Source of the DNA: a virus
Virus record (IMG/VR): IMGVR_UViG_3300036943_000490
Location: 1-47,116 of that record
Direction: 5' to 3' (one strand)
DNA length: 47,116 nt
In this document: in pieces, positions 41,617 to 47,116 of the stretch
Position numbering within the stretch: position 1 is the first letter of the stretch
Layout: each line of letters begins with the position of its first letter
Notes under the pieces: model-generated
Database searches by the model: none
The model's input: only the letters and a program-made list of their open reading frames with translations
What the model was told of the DNA's origin: nothing
Program-made: the position numbers and the translations under genes

Positions 41617-41774
41617 ATGGCTGTTCTTGGGATGAGAGGTAACGGCGATTGGGTAACTGATCAAAGACCGAAAAATTGGCGAGAGAAAATTCTGCAGCTT
41701 TATCCTAACGGTGATGCTCCGTTGACTGCGATTTTGTCAATGATGAAATCTCAGTCGACAGATGATCCGGAGTT
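41617..41774 (+). CDS. Major capsid protein, exon 1
   Basis: AAAGGAG SD; MAVLGMRGNGDWVTDQRPKNWREKILQLYPNGDAPLTAILSMMKSQSTDDPEF. The frame then hits TAG, and TAA 27 nt later. It continues in phase at 42597 after intron removal (DPEF|NWWTKGLAV). Confidence 0.7.
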
Positions 41775-42596
41775 TAAATAGTTGGACTCCCTTAGGCGAA
41801 ATCCTAAGTAAAAAACAGTGAGATATGCTGGAACTTCCTAAAGCCAATGTTACCACAGAGTAAAAATACAAAGGATAAAACAATGGATAATCAGCAGGGA
41901 AAAACTTATGAATCAGGTATAAATGCTATGGCTTATGTATTAGGTGCATTTCAAGGTGATGGTTATTATAAATATCATTACTATGGAAATGGAGGCTGGT
42001 ACATAATTGAGATTAGTAAGGGTGATAAAGAGGTGATAGAACGCTGTCAGTTTATCATAAATAGTGTTTTTAATACTTCATATTCCTTACTAAGTAGAAG
42101 AATAAAGAGTGGACTTATCATTTGGACCTTGAGAACCAGTAAAAAAGTTATTTATGATTTTATGACTATAGCTACTGGATTTAAAACTATGATTCCACAT
42201 GCTATTATTACTGGTGACAAACAGACACAGTTAAATTATATATCTGGATTATTTGATACAGATGGTAGTGTAGCAATGAATAATGATAGGTTTCAACTTA
42301 AATACTCTTCTGTAGAACTTAAAGTCATAGAGAGTGTGGCTTTATTATTACAACGTCTTGGAGTTAAGGTTGGTAAAATAGGTTCTTATAATAAAGGTGG
42401 TTATAAGACCGTTTATAATATTCAACCTAATATTAGAAGTTTTATAGACGCTGGATGTATATTTTATAATAATAAGAAAGCTTCTCGTATTAAAGCCTAT
42501 ATTAATAAGTTTGCCTCAGAGACTTTGCACACTGAGTCCATAACTATGGATTAAGATAAAGTCCGGCTTATGGCGAAAGTCATAAGGTGTCCACTG
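41775..42596 (+). mobile_element. Group I intron (822 nt) carrying a LAGLIDADG homing endonuclease ORF
   Basis: P1: exon GGAGTT (41769-41774) pairs with GACTCC (41785-90), with the terminal U-G wobble at U41774-G41785. P10: AGTTG (41780-84) pairs with the first exon-2 bases CAACT (42597-42601). The last intron base is G42596. P2-like hairpin cttagg-cgaaat-cctaag (41791-41808). GAAA-tetraloop hairpin cttatggc-gaaa-gtcataag (42567-42586). Confidence 0.75.
41847..42554 (+). CDS. LAGLIDADG homing endonuclease (double-motif)
   Basis: Two motifs: YVLGAFQGDGY and YISGLFDTDGSV. Lies entirely inside the intron. The true start may be the internal ATG at 41883. Confidence 0.8.
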   Translation: MLPQSKNTKDKTMDNQQGKTYESGINAMAYVLGAFQGDGYYKYHYYGNGGWYIIEISKGDKEVIERCQFIINSVFNTSYSLLSRRIKSGLIIWTLRTSKKVIYDFMTIATGFKTMIPHAIITGDKQTQLNYISGLFDTDGSVAMNNDRFQLKYSSVELKVIESVALLLQRLGVKVGKIGSYNKGGYKTVYNIQPNIRSFIDAGCIFYNNKKASRIKAYINKFASETLHTESITMD

Positions 42597-43725
42597 CAAC
42601 TGGTGGACTAAAGGCTTAGCTGTTCAGGCTGCTGCAGTTACTAATGTTTATACTGATGCAGGTATGACAACTGCTTATACAACTGGTGGAGCTGCTGCTG
42701 ATACACTTTATGCTAAAGTTGCTACATCTGATTTAGCTAAACAATTTCGTCCTGGACATCAGGTGCTTCTTAGGAATTCTGATAACTATGCTGATGATAC
42801 AAATGCTAAAGTTGTTTCTGTTACTCCAAATGGGTCATCTTCTCAAATCGCTGTAACATTGCTTGAAGCTGATCCGACTACGACTGGTATTGCAGATTGT
42901 GATAGGATTCTTATTATAGGTAATATCAATGCTGAGGGCGCTGCTATGCCTCAGGCGGTTGCATATGATCCTACTAAATATTATAACTATACTCAAATCT
43001 TTCGAACTCCTTTGAGTATTACTCGAACGGCTCGTAAGACTCGTCTTCGTACTGGTGATCAGTATAAGGAAGCCAAACGTGAGGCTCTTGAGCTTCATTC
43101 TATTGAAATGGAAAAGGCTTTCATGTACGGTATTAAGACTGAGAATACTGGATCAAATGGTCAGCCTGAGCGTACAACTGCTGGTCTTGTTCGTTCTATT
43201 ATTGATAATAGTGGAAATGTATCTAATTTTGTGACTGAGACTGATACTGATTATGCTGGAAAAACTTGGCTTGAAGCTGGTGAAGAGTGGCTTGATGCTC
43301 AGTTGACTGAAATCTTCCGATATGGTGGAACAGATCGTATGGCTTTTTGTGGTACGACTGCAATTCTTGCTATTAACAAACTTGTTAAGGAATATGGTTC
43401 TTATAAGCTTGAATCTGGGACTGCTGAATATGGGATTAAGGTTAAAACATGGATGACTCCTTTTGGAGATATTCATCTGAAGGTTCATCCGCTTTTTTCT
43501 TATGAGGCAACGGATCGAGCTAATATGGTTATCTTTGATCCTAAGGATCTTGTCTATCGTTATATCGATGATACTACTTTTTATAAGGAAGGAGAAAAAC
43601 AAAACACTGGTCGTGGAAGGATTGATGGAACTGACGAGGAATTCTTGACTGAAGCTGGTCTTGAATTTCATCATTATGCTAAGACTGGTTTTCTTACCGG
43701 TTTTGGTACTGATAATACTCAGTAA
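42597..43725 (+). CDS. Major capsid protein, exon 2
   Basis: In phase with ORF 42664..43725, and open from 42597 (c aac tgg tgg act aaa ggc...). Joined product is about 428 aa. Followed by a strong terminator. Confidence 0.7.
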
Positions 43726-43737
43726 GATTATTCGATT

Positions 43738-43759
43738 GGGAGGTTCTTCGGAGCCTCCC
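43738..43759 (+). terminator. Rho-independent terminator after the capsid gene (UUCG tetraloop)
   Basis: gggaggttc-ttcg-gagcctccc: a 9-bp stem (one G-U) followed by ttcgtttaataatt. Confidence 0.7.
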
Positions 43760-43781
43760 TTCGTTTAATAATTGAATGGAG
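43758..43781 (+). promoter_or_regulatory. IPM copy
   Basis: CCTTCGTTTAATAATTGAATGGAG, 2 nt before ATG 43784. Confidence 0.55.
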
Positions 43782-43783
43782 AT

Positions 43784-44020
43784 ATGATGGATATTAAGGA
43801 AATTAAAAAGAAGAAATCAGAAGCTGAATCTTCTATATTAGAAATATTAAAACAATTTGAAAAAGATACTGGTATATATATTAGCTATGCATCTGCTTCT
43901 GTAGATAGATATGGAGGAGATATGCCAGTATGTGGTGCTAATGAGAAACCTAGAAAAGCTAAACCGAAAGGTTTATATGATTTTAATATATCTATTCAGT
44001 TTGATAAAGAGGAATACTAA
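43784..44020 (+). CDS. Hypothetical protein (78 aa)
   Basis: ATG 43784 (MMDIKEIKKK) with a GGAG SD is preferred over the track's TTG 43772. Confidence 0.55.
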   Translation: MMDIKEIKKKKSEAESSILEILKQFEKDTGIYISYASASVDRYGGDMPVCGANEKPRKAKPKGLYDFNISIQFDKEEY

Positions 44021-44736
44021 TGGATCTTGTAACACTAAGACAAAAATTTGTAGAACTATCTGGTCATTATGATCTTGTTGTTAATACAACTGATTGGGCA
44101 GATAATGGTGCAGATTTTTATATAAATGCTGCTCAAGAATGGCTTGATAGAAATTCAAACTTTTGGAAAAAGACAAGTCGTCTTTATGATGAGTTATCTG
44201 TTGGAACTTGGTATAAAACTTTTCAACGTTGTAGAATTATAGAAGATGTTTATATTAATAACTCTGAGGGAAGATCAAAACTCGAAAAGAAAGATTTTCA
44301 TTATATTCATGAAAATTATAGTTCGCTTATAAGTGATACAGATCAAGGAACTCCTCTTTATTATTGTCCAGCAAATCTTAGAACACAAGATGCTACAGAT
44401 GTAGATAATCTTGGAGCTTTCTTTAATTATACTATGGCAGATGATGAAACCTATCGCGGTGTTCTCATTTTTCCACCTCCTGATGAAGCTATAGTAATTG
44501 AGGTCTTTGGTCAGTTTTATTCAGCTGATTTATCTGATGATGCTGATGAAAGTTTTTGGTCTATTAATCATCCTTCTCTTCTTATTCTTGCATCACTTTA
44601 TCAACTTGAAATTTTAGCTCATCGTAATACACAAGGAGCAAATGATTATCTTATCCAACTTCAGCGTGAGATAATGAGTCTGGATAAAGATATTGCAGAA
44701 GAAGAATCTTTTGGAGTTAATCAGATAGAGGATTAA
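44020..44736 (+). CDS. Hypothetical protein, possible head-tail adaptor (238 aa)
   Basis: TAATG overlap with the upstream gene. Position after the capsid gene; function is positional inference. Confidence 0.35.
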   Translation: MDLVTLRQKFVELSGHYDLVVNTTDWADNGADFYINAAQEWLDRNSNFWKKTSRLYDELSVGTWYKTFQRCRIIEDVYINNSEGRSKLEKKDFHYIHENYSSLISDTDQGTPLYYCPANLRTQDATDVDNLGAFFNYTMADDETYRGVLIFPPPDEAIVIEVFGQFYSADLSDDADESFWSINHPSLLILASLYQLEILAHRNTQGANDYLIQLQREIMSLDKDIAEEESFGVNQIED

Positions 44737-44737
44737 A

Positions 44738-45253
44738 ATGAAAGATACTGTTATTATTCAGGGTAATACAGATTCTGAAAAATGGGAACATCTTGAGATT
44801 GTTCTCAAAAGAATGTTTCGAAGACTTAATCATACAGTAGTAGGAATTATGCCAAAGATTCCAGTTATGAATTATGTTAAGGATTCTGAAGATGGCTTCT
44901 TAGGAAGATTCTTAGTTCCTTCAAATGGAATTTTAGAAACATTTGATGCTTATGTTGGACTTAAACAACTTGATGATTCAGGTGATATTATTGAACCTAC
45001 ATTTAAAATCTTAATCAAGCGTGGATTGACTGAGATATCAAACGTAGTTGATAAGGATAAACTTGGATCTTCTATTAATGTTAATATGTCAGTACAACCA
45101 GATGATATTATTGAGATTTATACAGATAAAGGAATTTCTTTTATAAGTTTTAGTATGCTTTTTTCATTTGATGAAAGTTCTTCTAATGCACAGCAGGTTA
45201 TGATAAGTAAAATAGAGCAACTTGCATTGGATCATATTAATGCAGACGATTGA
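44738..45253 (+). CDS. Hypothetical virion-block protein (171 aa)
   Basis: ORF track; 1-nt gap to the upstream gene. Confidence 0.55.
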   Translation: MKDTVIIQGNTDSEKWEHLEIVLKRMFRRLNHTVVGIMPKIPVMNYVKDSEDGFLGRFLVPSNGILETFDAYVGLKQLDDSGDIIEPTFKILIKRGLTEISNVVDKDKLGSSINVNMSVQPDDIIEIYTDKGISFISFSMLFSFDESSSNAQQVMISKIEQLALDHINADD

Positions 45254-46328
45254 TCCTTATGATAGCTGTGATCAAGCTGGATATATGTTTTCCAGAGCAT
45301 CTGGAATATTTAATGTTTTTATAGGCAGAGATACTATTCTATATGTAAATGGTGGAGTACCACCTTATACTTGGTCGATAACAGGAAATGATTTTGATCT
45401 TGATAAAACTGTAACAACTGTTCAATATAATTTAGTTCGTGCTAATGCAAATACAGTTGTTAGAGAAAGTGCAGAAGAAATAACTGTCACAGATTCTTGT
45501 GGAAATGAAGCAACTTTTTTTGTTCAGTGTTGTTCTACTTATACTTGTTGTGAGGAATTTGCTGATGTTTTTACTGTTGATGATATAGATTCTTTTGGTG
45601 ATGCAGGATATAAAATTATAAAGGTTTATACTGGTTGCCCACCTTTTAGTTGGATTAGCGAAGATTTATCTAAAGCTTATTTTAAATCTCGTTATACTAA
45701 TAGTAGAACTAATATATTATATTATGCTATAGATGAACCTTATGGCTGTGCATACAATGTTACAGATTCTTGTGGTAATGTGGCAAATGGTAGTATAACA
45801 TATCCAGATTGGTTTTTTCCAAATAACTGTGGAATGTGGGATGGTTACAATTTACCAGATCCTGGCTTTGAGTTGACTACAGGAGCAGATGATTATACAT
45901 ATTGGAATTTTAATCCACATAATGTCGGTAAGGCTTATGATTTTAATTCTAATGGTTGGGTAGATTGTTATAAAGATGGTAATATAGAGCCATTCTGCCC
46001 AGGTTTAGGTCAATTTATTATTTTTTATGTATCTGATGGATCTCAGATAACTATAAGAGCTAAACTAAAAAGAACTGGTTGGTACAATTTTTATGGCTTT
46101 AGATTTTCTTTATTTATATGTAATGAATCAGGTAGTATTATTCAAACTATGCGTTTGGGAAAAGCTTTTACTTCTATAAGTACTTCTTGGACTTATTATG
46201 ATTTTGTATTTGATGTATCTAATCCAGACGCTTATGGAGCTTGGTTTAGTTTTGAAAATTATAATTCAATTAATGTTGGAGTAACTATATCTGTTGGTAA
46301 TATATCAATATCTAAGAGTAGATTCTAA
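45240..46328 (+). CDS. Cys-rich protein with two tandem Ig-like/SprB-like repeats (candidate adhesin or fibre component)
   Basis: Repeat 1: NGGVPPYTWSITG...ITVTDSCGNEA. Repeat 2: TGCPPFSWISED...YNVTDSCGNVA. ATG 45240 preferred over TTG 45222. Confidence 0.5.
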   Translation: MQTIDPYDSCDQAGYMFSRASGIFNVFIGRDTILYVNGGVPPYTWSITGNDFDLDKTVTTVQYNLVRANANTVVRESAEEITVTDSCGNEATFFVQCCSTYTCCEEFADVFTVDDIDSFGDAGYKIIKVYTGCPPFSWISEDLSKAYFKSRYTNSRTNILYYAIDEPYGCAYNVTDSCGNVANGSITYPDWFFPNNCGMWDGYNLPDPGFELTTGADDYTYWNFNPHNVGKAYDFNSNGWVDCYKDGNIEPFCPGLGQFIIFYVSDGSQITIRAKLKRTGWYNFYGFRFSLFICNESGSIIQTMRLGKAFTSISTSWTYYDFVFDVSNPDAYGAWFSFENYNSINVGVTISVGNISISKSRF

Positions 46329-47116
46329 TGAAAGAATTTAACTATATATTTTCAGAAGGCATTAAAAAAGGTCTTAGTCAATATTCTAATAATCCTCTCA
46401 ATGATCAAGCATTGTCTTCTCTTCTTAATATGAAGGTTGCTGAGAAAGGTATTAAGCCTTATACAGATATCAAGAATATTCCTAATGATGTTTCTATCTC
46501 TTGGCCATATCCACAGATTTTTAAAGGATCTTATTATTGTTTTTTAGCTGATGAGACTACTGTTTATAATATAGGAATCTCTAATATTGCAGAAAATATA
46601 AATATAACTTCTTCTTCTTCTCTTACTGACGAGTTAGATAGTGAACTCTTAGATGAGCTTGCAGATGCATTAACTTGGTCTGGTTTTCAGAGTTTAGGAA
46701 ATCTGCCAATAGGTGATTTTTGGGATTTTGCAGATTTTGGAAAGTATATTATTCTTACTAATGGAAGTGTTATTATATTTATAGATTATGAAACAAATCC
46801 AGATGATCCAGCTATTTCCTCTATGGAATATTCTTCAATCTTTCCGCGCTGTAAGACTTATTGCAATTTTAAAGGACAGATAATTGGAGGAAATGTTCAA
46901 ACATCTTGGCATGATTGCTCTTCTACTTCTGTTATTTGGAGTAAGATAGGTTATGCAGATTTTACTCCTATGGTTGGAATGGAATCTGGATTTAAGATTT
47001 TAGGAGATGCTTCTGGAGATATTCATAAGGTTTTAAGACTTGGAGATGGAATTGCAGTTTATGGAGATAACAGTGTTGTTTTAATGAAGCCTGAGGAAGT
47101 TAAGTTTGGTTTCTTT
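46328..47116 (+). CDS. 5' portion of the wrap-around virion structural gene (continues at base 128)
   Basis: TAATG overlap with the upstream stop. Open for 263 codons to the contig end (MKEFNYIFSEGIKKGLSQYSNNPLNDQ...), in phase with 2..838 through the 127-nt overlap. Confidence 0.75.
   Translation, partial: MKEFNYIFSEGIKKGLSQYSNNPLNDQALSSLLNMKVAEKGIKPYTDIKNIPNDVSISWPYPQIFKGSYYCFLADETTVYNIGISNIAENINITSSSSLTDELDSELLDELADALTWSGFQSLGNLPIGDFWDFADFGKYIILTNGSVIIFIDYETNPDDPAISSMEYSSIFPRCKTYCNFKGQIIGGNVQTSWHDCSSTSVIWSKIGYADFTPMVGMESGFKILGDASGDIHKVLRLGDGIAVYGDNSVVLMKPEEVKFGFF
46990..47116. repeat. Terminal overlap, identical to 1-127
   Basis: See first feature. Confidence 0.9.

Noticed and set aside
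41779-41781. In-frame TAG in the capsid gene as evidence for stop-codon reassignment or suppressor-tRNA read-through
   Set aside because: An in-frame TAA follows 27 nt later. All other genes close normally on TAA, TAG or TGA. The only tRNA is Ile(UAU). The interruption is fully explained by a group I intron with readable P1/P10 pairing and a LAGLIDADG ORF.
1251-43781. The palindromic motif as a Bacteroidota-type promoter (TAnnTTTG) or as a sigma70 promoter for the adjacent gene
   Set aside because: The motif does not contain TAnnTTTG. Its TTGAAC half-site lies only about 15 nt from the start codon, with the SD inside the motif, so a transcript starting downstream would lack the RBS.
1-47116. 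CRISPR arrays, diversity-generating retroelement (template/variable repeat plus RT), retron, integrase/attP, toxin-antitoxin pairs
   Set aside because: I scanned for regularly spaced direct repeats, RT motifs (YxDD), tyrosine/serine recombinase motifs and near-identical fibre-gene repeats. None were found. The 3' tRNA-like fragment at 17231 is not accompanied by an integrase.

Overview
This window is a complete, self-closing genome of a tailed dsDNA phage. The unique length is 46,989 bp: bases 1-127 are identical to 46990-47116, and one structural gene reads through that junction. The backbone is AT-rich (hand-counted 60-nt lines give about 25-30% G+C) and uses strong AGGAG-type Shine-Dalgarno sites. 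At least one clear sigma70-type promoter and two hairpin terminators are visible.

Layout:
- The plus-strand packaging and morphogenesis arm runs from 28.7 kb to the end and wraps round to 7.96 kb. It encodes an HTH/small-terminase-like protein, TerL, seven consecutive signal-peptide ORFs (fibre-like and beta-helix proteins), three small membrane/lipoprotein ORFs, portal, scaffold, a major capsid gene split by an intron, and tail/internal proteins including a 1410-aa giant.
- The minus-strand early and replication arm runs from 28.3 kb down to 7.96 kb. It encodes many small ORFs, an autonomous moron, ATP-dependent ligase, Cas4-like nuclease, AAA_24 ATPase, a DUF669-like protein, tRNA-Ile(UAU) plus an adjacent tRNA-derived structured RNA, a ParB-methyltransferase fusion, a UDG-like/exo/PolA polymerase, a DUF3987-like NTPase, a ThyA-like enzyme, dCMP deaminase and a DEDDh exonuclease.

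I saw no integrase, RNA polymerase, reverse transcriptase, CRISPR array or recognisable endolysin.

Most notable observations:
1. A TerL-to-portal operon in which every protein carries a Sec-type signal peptide.
2. About 19 copies of a 24-nt imperfect palindrome fused to ribosome-binding sites on both arms.
3. Nested long-range inverted repeats bracketing three early genes.
4. A group I intron with a LAGLIDADG endonuclease in the capsid gene, with P1/P10 pairing readable from the sequence.
5. An ori-like palindrome with a (TA)n core.
6. Higher-GC patches inside the AT-rich backbone.

All functional calls come from motif reading by eye. No database search was possible.
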